From a virus, in the IMG/VR virus record IMGVR_UViG_3300012930_000012, positions 1 through 64,000 of that record: a DNA stretch of 64,000 nucleotides; one strand, 5' to 3'. The position numbers and the translations under genes were made by a program. Shown here in pieces: positions 37,634 to 47,413 of this stretch (position 1 is the stretch's first letter; each line of letters opens with the position of its first letter). Under the pieces are notes generated by a model, which was not told the origin of the DNA, searched no databases, and worked only from the letters and a program-made list of their open reading frames with translations.

Positions 37634-37871
37634 TCTACCCATTGACTATCGACGCCGGCCCTGGAAGGCCAAGTACATAGACACCGAGTGTCTAGCAACA
37701 AATCGCTGGTGCATCTTGGGAGAATATCAAGATGGCACTGTTAGCATCACAGACGGAACAGACGATATAATGGAACACGTGCCAAAAGACGTGGCTCAAA
37801 ACATCGTTGATGCCCGTAACACCTTTGTTGACACCCTCATGAAGCACATTGGCTATGCACGAAACGATTAA
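37626..37871 (+). CDS. Hypothetical protein
   Basis: GGAG RBS, overlapping chain. Confidence 0.5.
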   Translation: MTSLPIDYRRRPWKAKYIDTECLATNRWCILGEYQDGTVSITDGTDDIMEHVPKDVAQNIVDARNTFVDTLMKHIGYARND

Positions 37872-38811
37872 CTTCCTAAAACGCGCACTATCCCGCGCCC
37901 CTAATGCCGGCATGTTCGGCTGCTACCACGTGAGCGAAGGCTACATGTTCGCCCAGAACGAAAGCCTCCAGGCCGTGGTCCCGCTTGAATCATCCGATAG
38001 CTTTTCCGTGCCCGGCGAGGAGCTTGAAGCCATGCTGGCGCGGATGCACAGCGACCCACACGTGGAAATAGGCGACGGCGAGCTACGCATCAAGAGCGGT
38101 AGGCTCCGCGGCAACATCCCGTGCGTGCCCGGCACCCCACCCAGCATATTCACCCGCGACGTCGACTGGCTCCCCCTGCCCGACGCCCTGGTGCCGGCGT
38201 TGCAAAAGGCCACCCAGTTCCTCGTGGGCACCAGCCTCATCGGGTGGACAGGGGGCGTGCGGCTCATGGACGGGCGATTGACGACCGTCAATAATCTGTG
38301 CGGCATTGACTTGGCGGTGCCGGGTTGGCAATCCACGCCATCAATTCTCACAAAGGATGGGGCGGAGTTTTTGATGGCAGATCCGCCGTGCGATTACGCG
38401 GCCAAGGCTGGGGCTTTGTTGTTCCGCTGGCCCGATGACCGCTCGGTCCAGTGCCAGCTTATTGACCAGGTGATGCCTGAGCTGGTGGACGACATCTTTG
38501 CCAAGGCTGGCCAGGATGCGCCCGTGGAAATAACCGCCGAGTGGCGCGATGCCTTCGCGGATGCCGCAGCCATATCAGATGAGACGGTCGAGCTACATGC
38601 GGGTCATCTCAAGGTGGGTAAAGGCTCATCCAAGGTCACCCTAGAGGTTTCCACGGCTGTGCCGGCGGACCACGTGTCGTACTGGAACACCAAGGTGCTG
38701 GCTCCGATGGTAGCGGTGGCCACCCATTGGAATCCGCTGGCGCACCCCAAGCCGGCGCTGTTCCGTGGACCGGGGCTGTACGGCGTTGTGATGGGAGTGA
38801 TGCGGCGATGA
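37855..38811 (+). CDS. Putative sliding-clamp (beta-clamp-like) protein
   Basis: ~318 aa alpha/beta repeat pattern, C-terminal F.G...GVVMG, directly upstream of polymerase. Confidence 0.6.
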   Translation: MHETINFLKRALSRAPNAGMFGCYHVSEGYMFAQNESLQAVVPLESSDSFSVPGEELEAMLARMHSDPHVEIGDGELRIKSGRLRGNIPCVPGTPPSIFTRDVDWLPLPDALVPALQKATQFLVGTSLIGWTGGVRLMDGRLTTVNNLCGIDLAVPGWQSTPSILTKDGAEFLMADPPCDYAAKAGALLFRWPDDRSVQCQLIDQVMPELVDDIFAKAGQDAPVEITAEWRDAFADAAAISDETVELHAGHLKVGKGSSKVTLEVSTAVPADHVSYWNTKVLAPMVAVATHWNPLAHPKPALFRGPGLYGVVMGVMRR

Positions 38812-41231
38812 GTGACAAGAAAGAAACCCCATCGCTCGCGGGTGGGCTAACGTTTGGGATGACCAGCGGCCCATACGATGGCCGCGAGGAGCGTCGTAAG
38901 AATAAGGCAAAGGTCGATAGTGCGTTGTACGGGGACGGGCTATTGGGGGATTCGCTTGCGCCCAAACGTAGCGGCGAGCTGGCCAACAAGTTCATGATAC
39001 CGCCGTTCACCGTGTTCAACGCGCGTGAGGGTTGGTGGCAGGATCGCAAGGCAGCCTGGCTGGCGCTGGGCATCCAGAGCGAGCTAGGGCGCGGTGGGGA
39101 TGAAATTGCCGTGGCGGATGCCGCGGCGCTGGACAGCGCCCGCGCTCGAAGCAAGGCCAGTAGCCAGGCGGTAGTCGGCGGCCGTGGTACGGCCATGTCA
39201 AACGCTCTGGCACCCCGAAAACGCAACACCATCCATCGCGCAGACCCCAGCATAACCGTGGTGCATAACCCACCCCCATTGATGGAGCGGGCGGCACCGT
39301 GGGTGGCCCCGTCAGAACTCCCATCACTTCGCGGCGTGAAACGATTATGCGCCGATGTTGAGACCAGGGATGAGCAACTGCTTGAAATAGGCCCCGGTTT
39401 CCACAGGGGGACCTCCTACATCGTGGGGCTCGGCATAGGCACCAACGATGGTCGGCGTTTCTACTTCCCCACCAGACACGAGGGTGGCGGTAACTTAGAT
39501 GAGGGCGTGGTCCAAAAATGGGCGCGCGAGGAGCTAAACGCTTATGATGGCGAGCTGGTTGGCGCCCATAACATCTACGATCTCGAGGCGCTAGGCACCT
39601 GGGGGGTCACGTTTCCTAACGTTAAGGTCCACCACGATATCCAGGTATGTGAACCCTTGCTGGATGAGTGGCGCAACTCGTACACACTGGAAGCCATCGC
39701 CCAGGACTACCTTGGCGAGGGCAAAGTGGAGGGTACGCTCCGGGAAGCCGCGGCGTTGCACGGCGCCACCACCAATTCTCAAATCAAAAAGATCTTATGG
39801 AAATTGCCGGCCGGGTACGTGGGAGCTTACGCGGAGGGGGATGTCGATCTCCCTCTGCGCATTCTCCCGCTCCAGCTAAAGCGCCTCACGGAAGAAAACC
39901 TCGATGAAGTTTACACCGTGGAGCGCAAGCTCATCCCCATCTTGCTCGCCATGCGCCAGCGCGGGATACCCGTCAACACCGACCAGGCGGAGTACGTGCG
40001 GGAACAGCTCACTTTCACCCGCGATGCGGCGCTTAAGCGGGTACGGGATATCGCTGGCCCACAGGCGGAGCTTATGGCCCCGGAGAGCTTTGCCCAGGCG
40101 TTTGTGGACCGCGGGCTGACACCACCTCTAACACCTAGTTCGGGCAAGCCACGGAGCGGCGGAGGTTTTAACCCAGACAAGTTTTCCATCACCAAGGACT
40201 GGCTCAAGGCGCACCAGAACGACGAGCTGGCCGCAGCGCTGTTAGAGGGCCGCGGGGTAGAGCACATCATCAACACCTACATCAACGGCCATATCCTAAC
40301 GCACTCGGTCAACGGCCGGGTGCATTGTGAATTTAACCAGTTAAAATCAGAGGATGAAAAGGGAACCATAGCCCGTTTCTCATCCTCCAACCCCAACATG
40401 CAAAATTTACCTATGCGGGAGGAAGAGCTGGCCGCCATGATCCGCGGCATGTTCCGCCCCGAGGATGGTGAGACCTGGGTGCGGCACGACCTCTCCCAAA
40501 TTGAATATCGGCTACTGGCTCACTTTGCCGTTGGGCCGGGGTCTGAGGAGTGCCGGCGCCAGTACCGCGAGGACCCCAAGACCGACTACCACAAGCTGGT
40601 GGCCACCTGGCTTGGGATTGATCCCGGCGACAAGCACCGCCGAGTCCAGGTTAAAGGCATCAACTTCGCCAAGGGCTATGGTGCTGGGGCACGCAAGCTG
40701 GCCTACCTCATCGGTTGTTCGTTATCGGAGGCCGAGGAGTTCGTTGCCCTTTACGAACAAAAGTTACCGTTCGCCAAGAGCACCTACGATGCCGCCATGC
40801 GATGGGCGGAAAAGCAAGGATACGTGACGACGATCCTTGGCCGCCGGCAGCGCTTCCTCCTTTGGGAACCCTTTGACAACTACCAGCGCGAGAATCCTCC
40901 GTTACGGCACGAAGCCGCGCTTAAGGAGTACGGCCAGCGCATCAAACGCTTCAAGAGTTACGCCGCGCTCAACCGCAAGCTTCAAGGGTCCGGCGCCGAC
41001 GTCATCAAGAAAGGCATGGTGGATGCTTACGAGGCCGGCACGTTTGCCGTACTCGGCGCCCCCCTGGTCACGGTGCACGACGAGCTAGGATGGTCGGTAC
41101 CGAACACGCCTCAAGGTACTGAGGCGTGTTCAGTAGCCCATCGTTGCCTGGAAAAGGCAGTGACGCTCAAGGTGCCGGTGTACGTGGATGAAGGACGTGG
41201 CAAGGATTGGGGGGAGGCCAGCGCGGGATGA
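38808..41231 (+). CDS. polA: Family A DNA polymerase with N-terminal extra module
   Basis: Exo DVET/HNIYD/YAEGD; RFSSSNPNMQN; DLSQIEYR; R...KGINF..GYG; TVHDE. Confidence 0.95.
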   Translation: MSDKKETPSLAGGLTFGMTSGPYDGREERRKNKAKVDSALYGDGLLGDSLAPKRSGELANKFMIPPFTVFNAREGWWQDRKAAWLALGIQSELGRGGDEIAVADAAALDSARARSKASSQAVVGGRGTAMSNALAPRKRNTIHRADPSITVVHNPPPLMERAAPWVAPSELPSLRGVKRLCADVETRDEQLLEIGPGFHRGTSYIVGLGIGTNDGRRFYFPTRHEGGGNLDEGVVQKWAREELNAYDGELVGAHNIYDLEALGTWGVTFPNVKVHHDIQVCEPLLDEWRNSYTLEAIAQDYLGEGKVEGTLREAAALHGATTNSQIKKILWKLPAGYVGAYAEGDVDLPLRILPLQLKRLTEENLDEVYTVERKLIPILLAMRQRGIPVNTDQAEYVREQLTFTRDAALKRVRDIAGPQAELMAPESFAQAFVDRGLTPPLTPSSGKPRSGGGFNPDKFSITKDWLKAHQNDELAAALLEGRGVEHIINTYINGHILTHSVNGRVHCEFNQLKSEDEKGTIARFSSSNPNMQNLPMREEELAAMIRGMFRPEDGETWVRHDLSQIEYRLLAHFAVGPGSEECRRQYREDPKTDYHKLVATWLGIDPGDKHRRVQVKGINFAKGYGAGARKLAYLIGCSLSEAEEFVALYEQKLPFAKSTYDAAMRWAEKQGYVTTILGRRQRFLLWEPFDNYQRENPPLRHEAALKEYGQRIKRFKSYAALNRKLQGSGADVIKKGMVDAYEAGTFAVLGAPLVTVHDELGWSVPNTPQGTEACSVAHRCLEKAVTLKVPVYVDEGRGKDWGEASAG

Positions 41232-41701
41232 TACTCTCACTTCAAACCATCAGGGATGCGGGCATCATATCGCCATGGTGTGAACGCAGCGAGTTCAAAG
41301 GCCGCCATGGGGTGCTCACCTACGGGGCCTCCAGCGCCGGGTACGACATCCGCGCTGAGTTTGATTCAAAGGAGCGCCTTGCGTTCGTGGAGCTGCGCCC
41401 AGGGGGGTTCAGGCTGGCGTCCACGGTGGAGCGTTTTACCATGCCGACCGACGTGGTGGGCATTGTCCATGATAAAAGCTCGTGGGCTCGCCGCGGCCTG
41501 TGCGTGCAGAACACGGTCATAGAACCCGGGTGGTGCGGATACCTCACTCTGGAACTAACCAACCATGGGGTTGGTTGGTTGCATCTAGAGCGCGGGGTAC
41601 CGCTGGCTCAAGTGGTGTTCCACCGGCTGGATAAGCCATCGGAACGGCCCTACACCGGCAAGTACCAGGACCAGGCCCGTGGGCCGCAGGAGGCAAAGTG
41701 A
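41228..41701 (+). CDS. dcd: dCTP deaminase
   Basis: AGYDIR, DKSSWARRG, EPGW.G.LTLE, GKYQDQ. Confidence 0.9.
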   Translation: MILSLQTIRDAGIISPWCERSEFKGRHGVLTYGASSAGYDIRAEFDSKERLAFVELRPGGFRLASTVERFTMPTDVVGIVHDKSSWARRGLCVQNTVIEPGWCGYLTLELTNHGVGWLHLERGVPLAQVVFHRLDKPSERPYTGKYQDQARGPQEAK

Positions 41702-41892
41702 ACTGGGAACGGGTCACAAAGGACAATCCTCCGGACAATAGGTTGGTATTGGCCAGCGATGGCGTGGGCCGGTGGTTAGATACACGATCCTCGTGGTGTC
41801 GCTCGTTGGTTTGCTACTTAGGTGGGCAGCGTCGAGTAGCAACTCATTTCATCCTACTAACCAATGACATGCCGCCCAAGGAGAGACCGTGA
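41698..41892 (+). CDS. DUF551-like small protein
   Basis: W.RV....P....VL ... THF. Confidence 0.45.
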   Translation: MNWERVTKDNPPDNRLVLASDGVGRWLDTRSSWCRSLVCYLGGQRRVATHFILLTNDMPPKERP

Positions 41893-42332
41893 ACCTCAAG
41901 GATAAGGTGTTTGCCGCGCTCGAGAATGCCCTGGCCAACGGCTACAACATGCGCGCGGACCCTGTTGACTCAGTGTGCGTGGACCTGTGCACCTACGACG
42001 CCGATCTCGAGGATTACGATCCCGGGGAGTTGCGGGTGCACGTAACAGAATGGCAAATGGAGAAAAAACACATGCAGACCTTAGATTTAACAACACCAGA
42101 CACCGATGGGTATATCCCCGACCTGAGGCTCTTTGGGTCCAAGTGGCGGCACGCCGGGAACGGGCTCACGTACGAGATCACGGGGTTCGTGTTCTTCGGC
42201 GATGAGGACCGTTGGGCGGTTATACATCGACGTGATGGCGCCCCGGTCATGTTTTCGCGGACCGTCCGTAACTTCTTTGGGCAACGCGGCAATGAGCCAC
42301 GGTACACCGTTGTGAATAAGGTGCCGCGATGA
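41889..42332 (+). CDS. Hypothetical protein with DUF1653-like C-terminal domain
   Basis: WRH..NG..YEI...F.R....F motif. Confidence 0.5.
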   Translation: MNLKDKVFAALENALANGYNMRADPVDSVCVDLCTYDADLEDYDPGELRVHVTEWQMEKKHMQTLDLTTPDTDGYIPDLRLFGSKWRHAGNGLTYEITGFVFFGDEDRWAVIHRRDGAPVMFSRTVRNFFGQRGNEPRYTVVNKVPR

Positions 42333-43264
42333 TAGCCGCTCAGGTCGTTTGCGACAGCATTAGCGTGCAGGAACATCGCCCGCTGACGTTCAAACTGCGA
42401 TACCCGAAGTTCATCCATGGCGAGTTCATGACCCACCGCCTCATCAGCCGCAACGCGAGTTCGTCCCGTGCGATCCCGACGAGCAAGCTCATCGAGGAGG
42501 TGCGGTCGGACGCGCTCCGGGCCGGGCCGGTGTTCTGGGGCGCAAACCAGAAGGGAATGCAAGCAGTAGAAGAACTAAGCGATGACCATTACCAAGGCAC
42601 TCGTTTATCCCCCCGAATGCTAGCGCAAAATTATTGGAAGGATGCCGCACTCGAAGCGATGCGGATCGCTGAAGTTATGGTTGAGATTGGCGTTCACAAG
42701 CAGATCGTCAACCGCCTTCTCGAGCCGTTCTCCCACATTAACGTGGTGGCCACCGCCACCGAGTGGGACAACTTCTTCGGCCTCCGCCTGCACCGCGACG
42801 CCCAGCCCGAGATGCGGGCGCTGGCCGTGGCCATGTGGGAGGCGCGCAAGGCGAGCACGCCCCGTCTGCTGAGGCCCGGCGAGTGGCACCTGCCGTTCGT
42901 CGACGGAGACGATGGGAAGGGCCATCCGATAACGTGGGACGAGAAGCTGGACGACATACAAGTCGCTATAAAAGTCTCCGTCGCCCGCTGCGCAAGAGTT
43001 TCTTACGAGAGCTTCGAGACCGGCAAGCGGTCCACCGTCGAGGAGGACCTGCGGCTGTATGATCGGCTCCTGGGCGCGCAGCCGCTCCACGCGAGCCCGG
43101 CTGAGCACCAGGCGACGCCGGACATCCAAGAATGGGTAACGGCTAATGAATTAGGACCGCAATGGCTTCATCTTGGAGAGCACGGTAATCTCGTCGGCTG
43201 GCGTCAGTACCGTAAGATGCTGCCGAACGAGGCCGTCGCGCCGCTGCCGGAGGGTTATTCGTGA
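42329..43264 (+). CDS. thyX: FAD-dependent thymidylate synthase ThyX (phage type)
   Basis: THR..SRNASSSRAIP, HKQIVNRLLEPF, ARCARVSY, HASPAEHQA. Confidence 0.88.
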   Translation: MIAAQVVCDSISVQEHRPLTFKLRYPKFIHGEFMTHRLISRNASSSRAIPTSKLIEEVRSDALRAGPVFWGANQKGMQAVEELSDDHYQGTRLSPRMLAQNYWKDAALEAMRIAEVMVEIGVHKQIVNRLLEPFSHINVVATATEWDNFFGLRLHRDAQPEMRALAVAMWEARKASTPRLLRPGEWHLPFVDGDDGKGHPITWDEKLDDIQVAIKVSVARCARVSYESFETGKRSTVEEDLRLYDRLLGAQPLHASPAEHQATPDIQEWVTANELGPQWLHLGEHGNLVGWRQYRKMLPNEAVAPLPEGYS

Positions 43265-43743
43265 ACTCGCGTACCATCTACGTCGATCTTGACGGTACGC
43301 TGGCGGATTTTGATCGCCACTATCTATCCACCATAGGAGGGTTGTTGCCGCCCAAGTGGCGCCACCCCGACAACGCCCAAGATGTCGATTGGGAACGAAT
43401 TGACGCCATCAACTTTTACGCCACCATGCCGCCCATGGATGACCACCGCTTGCTTTGGGACTACATAACGCCGCACGGCCCGATCATTCTCACCGGGTGC
43501 CCCAAGATTGGCCGGGAGGGTGCCGAGCGTAATAAGCGGGAATGGGTAGCCCGGCACCTGGGGCCAACGGTGCCGGTCATAACCTGCTTTTCAAGAGAGA
43601 AGGCACGCTACGCCAGCCCCGGCGCCATCCTTATTGACGATTGGGAGAAGTACAAGCACCTCTGGCTGGCTGCCGGCGGCGTGTGGGTGACCCACACCAG
43701 CGCCACGGCGACCATTGCATTGCTGAGGAGTCATGGAATTTAG
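43261..43743 (+). CDS. HAD-family 5'(3')-deoxyribonucleotidase
   Basis: DLDGTLADF, ILTG, LIDD. Confidence 0.85.
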   Translation: MNSRTIYVDLDGTLADFDRHYLSTIGGLLPPKWRHPDNAQDVDWERIDAINFYATMPPMDDHRLLWDYITPHGPIILTGCPKIGREGAERNKREWVARHLGPTVPVITCFSREKARYASPGAILIDDWEKYKHLWLAAGGVWVTHTSATATIALLRSHGI

Positions 43744-43759
43744 AGCAAGGAGAACCACA

Positions 43760-44434
43760 ATGTACGACCCTGTGAAGGCCCGTGCCAACCTAGCCACCCA
43801 CCAGCTTGTTAAAACCGGCGACCCTGACGCCATGGGCGCCATAGTAGACCGGAACGGCGAGGTCGTCCTCGGCTATTGCCGGCGGTGCCACGGCGGCGAA
43901 GCTGAGCTTGAAGATCAAAGCTGCCTAGAGCGTCTTGTTGCGATGTCGATTGCACACGAAAAAGCAATGACATCAATTCAGCGGGCGGTGTCCCATGCCC
44001 AGGCCCGACGCTCGTGGGTCATTGGGGAGATGATGCTGACTTACCTAGACCTCCGTCGCGAGGATGCATTGGCCCGCTATAATGAGATGCTGCCAGAGGG
44101 CGCCTTGCTGGCGGAGTTTGAGAGCCGCAACTCGGCCGAGCACGTGGCGGCCGACGGCACCGTGCGCAAAAGCCACTACGGCCCCGGGCGCCAGCCCTGG
44201 GATGATATTATGGCCGCCGGCTGGGGCGCACCGTTCGCGGCATCCTGTGTGCTCCGCTATCTCCGCCGTGATAAGGAACCCGAGCACAGCATCAAGAGCG
44301 CCCGCTGGTACTACACCAGGCTGAACGAGATGGTTGCCGCCAGCCGCCGTGTGCCCATGAGCTGGGAGGGCGAGGTACTAGCCAAGCTGAACCATCTTTT
44401 GAGCGATGAGGAGAAGGCGAGGTTGGTGCCATGA
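43760..44434 (+). CDS. Protein with C-terminal DUF3310-like domain
   Basis: SHY....QPWD...LRYL.R.K....KSARWY; conserved leader before ATG 43760. Confidence 0.6.
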   Translation: MYDPVKARANLATHQLVKTGDPDAMGAIVDRNGEVVLGYCRRCHGGEAELEDQSCLERLVAMSIAHEKAMTSIQRAVSHAQARRSWVIGEMMLTYLDLRREDALARYNEMLPEGALLAEFESRNSAEHVAADGTVRKSHYGPGRQPWDDIMAAGWGAPFAASCVLRYLRRDKEPEHSIKSARWYYTRLNEMVAASRRVPMSWEGEVLAKLNHLLSDEEKARLVP

Positions 44435-44655
44435 AACGTTTCATCGTAATGCGTACGGCCAAGAACGACACCTACGAGCACGTGGTGGGGCATGTGGCGG
44501 AAGGGCACAATTCCCACGCCCAAGCGGAAGTGGTTGCCGCAACCATGGCACGCCGTTTCCCCGCCTCCACGTTTGTTGTCTTTGAGCGCATCGTATCACG
44601 CTCCATGGTGCTTGAGGAACGCTCGACCGTTGACAAGCCGCGGGTGGGGTCGTGA
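44431..44655 (+). CDS. Hypothetical protein
   Basis: ATGA overlap; AE.LA...P...F.VF pattern. Confidence 0.5.
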   Translation: MKRFIVMRTAKNDTYEHVVGHVAEGHNSHAQAEVVAATMARRFPASTFVVFERIVSRSMVLEERSTVDKPRVGS

Positions 44656-44813
44656 CCATCCGTTGGAAAACCGGCAAGAAGCCCACAGAGAAAGAGGTGC
44701 GCCAAGTCATATTTAACTCCGTGCACCATTTTAATTTAAATCGTCCAGATGTGGAAGCCATTGCCGAAGCTATAGTCAAATTCTATGAAGATCGTGTGGA
44801 GGGAAAAAGATGA
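44652..44813 (+). CDS. 53-aa hypothetical protein (not in ORF track)
   Basis: GTGA and ATGA overlaps. Confidence 0.45.
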   Translation: MTIRWKTGKKPTEKEVRQVIFNSVHHFNLNRPDVEAIAEAIVKFYEDRVEGKR

Positions 44814-45454
44814 TTTTGTTTTTGGATACAGAGACATCTGGCTTGGTTCAAGACAGCCTACCCCACGACCACCCCTCCCAGCCACACCTGGTACAGCTTG
44901 GCTGCGTGCTTGCCGACGATGACGGTTGTACACGTGCAACCGTCGACATGATCGTAAAACCCGAAGGATATCAGATACCAAAAACAGCTTCGGATGTGCA
45001 CGGCATCACAACGGAAACCGCACTCCGCTGCGGACTCCCCCTGGTCTTGGTCGTGGGCGTCTTTGTCAACCTCCGTGCTAAGGCGGACATTATTGTGGCC
45101 CACAACCTCCCGTTCGATGAGCGTGTCATGGCCACCGCCATTCACCGAACGGGCAGGAAAGTTTCCCTGCCCGTTCCTGTACAACGATTCTGCACCATGG
45201 AGATGGCGGAACCCATTTTAAAGATACCTGCGACCCCACGCATGGTGGCCGCCGGCAGAGCAAACCAGTTTAAGAAGCCCAACCTCAAGGAGTGCTACAA
45301 GTTCTTCTTTGATGAGGAGCTTGCAGGCGCCCACAACGCCATCATCGATGCCGGCGCCTGTGCCAAGGTGTACTTTCAAATGAAGCGCACCGGGGCACGG
45401 TCGGAAAAGAAGACCTGGTTCCAGCGGTTTGTTGACTACTACCAGTGGAGCTGA
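44810..45454 (+). CDS. DEDDh 3'-5' exonuclease (DnaQ-like)
   Basis: DTETSG, AHNLPFD, AHNA..D. Confidence 0.9.
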   Translation: MILFLDTETSGLVQDSLPHDHPSQPHLVQLGCVLADDDGCTRATVDMIVKPEGYQIPKTASDVHGITTETALRCGLPLVLVVGVFVNLRAKADIIVAHNLPFDERVMATAIHRTGRKVSLPVPVQRFCTMEMAEPILKIPATPRMVAAGRANQFKKPNLKECYKFFFDEELAGAHNAIIDAGACAKVYFQMKRTGARSEKKTWFQRFVDYYQWS

Positions 45455-45750
45455 TGATGGGGTCCGTATTGTGGGACAAGGTTGTGACAGCACGGACGTG
45501 GCACCATTGCGACCAATGCCAAAGGCGCATCACCAGGGGGGAACGGTATCGGCGGCAGGTGCACACGTTTGATGGTTTTCAGGTCTACCGTGCCCACGAG
45601 GACTGTGATCAGGCGGCTTCGGAACTGCACGCCAACGGCAATCTCATGAGCGATGAATATGTCACCCTTAGCGAAGACGCTGATCGTCCCGCGGATGAAC
45701 AATGGATACGAGAAAAATATCCGGCCGTGGCTAAGAGGCTGTGGGCATAA
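45454..45750 (+). CDS. Zinc-finger protein
   Basis: AR..H.CDQC...I.RGERY...H..C. Confidence 0.6.
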   Translation: MMGSVLWDKVVTARTWHHCDQCQRRITRGERYRRQVHTFDGFQVYRAHEDCDQAASELHANGNLMSDEYVTLSEDADRPADEQWIREKYPAVAKRLWA

Positions 45751-46118
45751 TGCCGCTCGAGCGTCGCAAATTCATCACCCGGGATATGCTCCGCGCCGAG
45801 CCTAACGTGCTCTTCGTGTTCGGCGACAATCTCGCGCGTTGGGGACGCGGTGGCCAGGCCGCGGAAATGAGGGGCGAGCCCAACGCGGTTGGCCTACCTA
45901 CCAAGCGGTCTCCACACCTGTATCTCACAGATACAGATCTGCGTGAAGTTATGCTAGACTCACTCGCCGAGCGGGATCGGCTCATCCAACATATCTGTGA
46001 CGGCGGCACGGTAGTGTGGCCAGCCGATGGCATTGGTACCGGGTTGGCTCGGTTGTGCGAGTGTGCGCCGGCCATCGCGGACTTTTATAATAGGCTTCTT
46101 ATGGCGCTGGAGGTTTGA
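45750..46118 (+). CDS. Conserved phage protein (FVFGDN...GGQA; possibly macro-like)
   Basis: FVFGDN..R.G.GGQA..R.EPNA.G.PTK and GIGTGLA. Confidence 0.6.
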   Translation: MPLERRKFITRDMLRAEPNVLFVFGDNLARWGRGGQAAEMRGEPNAVGLPTKRSPHLYLTDTDLREVMLDSLAERDRLIQHICDGGTVVWPADGIGTGLARLCECAPAIADFYNRLLMALEV

Positions 46119-46534
46119 TGAAACTCAAGGATTTTTTACTCCTCAAAAAATTGATGCAACTCACCACCAGCGAAAGCGATGCCGAGGCATTACAAGCTCT
46201 CCGCCGAGCCAATGCTATTCTTTCACAGAATAGCGTTGGCTGGGAGCGCGTGTTTGACCGCCTGGTAACCGTGGTGGCCGATGTGGAGCCGGCGCCGGTC
46301 GACGATCTATCTACGGAGGCGGAGCGCCGGGCGGAGAACTCCGAGATACTTGCGGCGTTCGAAATTGTGGAGGCCACCAACCCCAAGGGGGACTTCGGCG
46401 ATTTCATCCAAAGTCTGCGCGAACAATGGGATGCTAAAAAGTCATTGTCGCCCAAGCAACGGGACGCGTTGCGCAAGGCCGCGCAACGAGTCAACGAAGA
46501 CCGCGACAATTTCAGAGGTGGGAGATTTCGATGA
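46118..46534 (+). CDS. Hypothetical protein
   Basis: TS..D.EAL.A...AN module and F..SL..Q......LS.KQ module. Confidence 0.6.
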   Translation: MKLKDFLLLKKLMQLTTSESDAEALQALRRANAILSQNSVGWERVFDRLVTVVADVEPAPVDDLSTEAERRAENSEILAAFEIVEATNPKGDFGDFIQSLREQWDAKKSLSPKQRDALRKAAQRVNEDRDNFRGGRFR

Positions 46535-46731
46535 GAATAAAAACGGACAACAGGCTTGGCCGAGGATCAGTCATGGGCTTCCGTGATGGGGCTGTGGTTT
46601 GGTACGGACCAATAGAAAAATACCCGCCCAACCGCGCCTTGGATGAGGTTGCCTTAAACAGCGCCGACGTGGAAAGCTTCCGCCGGCAACTAAACGAAGA
46701 TCCGCGCAGTAAGGGACTGCTAAGCCCATGA
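46531..46731 (+). CDS. Hypothetical protein
   Basis: ATGA overlaps. Confidence 0.5.
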   Translation: MRIKTDNRLGRGSVMGFRDGAVVWYGPIEKYPPNRALDEVALNSADVESFRRQLNEDPRSKGLLSP

Positions 46732-46976
46732 GGCCCGCACTGGAGGCCGCCATCGAGCGCAACATTGCCGCGGGCGTGCTGGGGCCGGAGCTTGATGTTG
46801 CGCTCGCGGTATTGGATGAAATGGACGGCGACTCTGACTTTGAATCTCCGGATGATGAGCCCGATGATCTCGAGGACGGCTGTCCGGACAACATTCCGCT
46901 CCTTTGCGTGTGCACGTGCGGGCACCGTCACAGCCTCGGCACCTGGCCAGATATTGAGAGGATCGATGTGGCATGA
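46728..46976 (+). CDS. Acidic hypothetical protein
   Basis: ATGA overlaps; D/E-rich with C.C.CGH. Confidence 0.45.
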   Translation: MRPALEAAIERNIAAGVLGPELDVALAVLDEMDGDSDFESPDDEPDDLEDGCPDNIPLLCVCTCGHRHSLGTWPDIERIDVA

Positions 46977-47413
46977 GCGAACCCTCTCTCTGGCAACGCA
47001 CCCGTGACAATCTTAAACCCTTTGGCAGACTGGTGCGGGTGGAAAATCCCATCGACCCCGGCACGCCGGATGTGTGCTACTGCCTGCGCCGTCTACCCAC
47101 CATGCCCAAAGGTGCCACCGGCTGGATAGAACTGAAGCACGTGCACAAGTGGCCCGTGCGCTCCGCCACGGCCCTTGTCATCAACGAACTCACACGCGAG
47201 CAAGTCGATTGGCACACATTCTGGGCACTCGCGGGGGGCACCAGTTGGTGCCTTCTGCAAGTGGATAGAACCATCTTGCTCCTGGACCACCATGCCATCG
47301 CCCAGGTGTTCGCCCGGGCACACACGCGAACCAGCCTATCCGCGTCCGCTGCCGTCGTCAGCGAAAACGTATTCCCCACCGCGGAGCTTGTAAAATGCCT
47401 GACAAGGACTTAA
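46973..47413 (+). CDS. PD-(D/E)xK nuclease (VRR-NUC/Holliday junction resolvase-like)
   Basis: RVEN...GTPD...WIELK...Q..W. Confidence 0.8.
   Translation: MSEPSLWQRTRDNLKPFGRLVRVENPIDPGTPDVCYCLRRLPTMPKGATGWIELKHVHKWPVRSATALVINELTREQVDWHTFWALAGGTSWCLLQVDRTILLLDHHAIAQVFARAHTRTSLSASAAVVSENVFPTAELVKCLTRT

Noticed and set aside
30907-41231. Inteins/introns in RNR, helicase or polymerase
   Set aside because: No C...HN splice motifs, and motif spacing appears normal; the PolA extra segment is N-terminal
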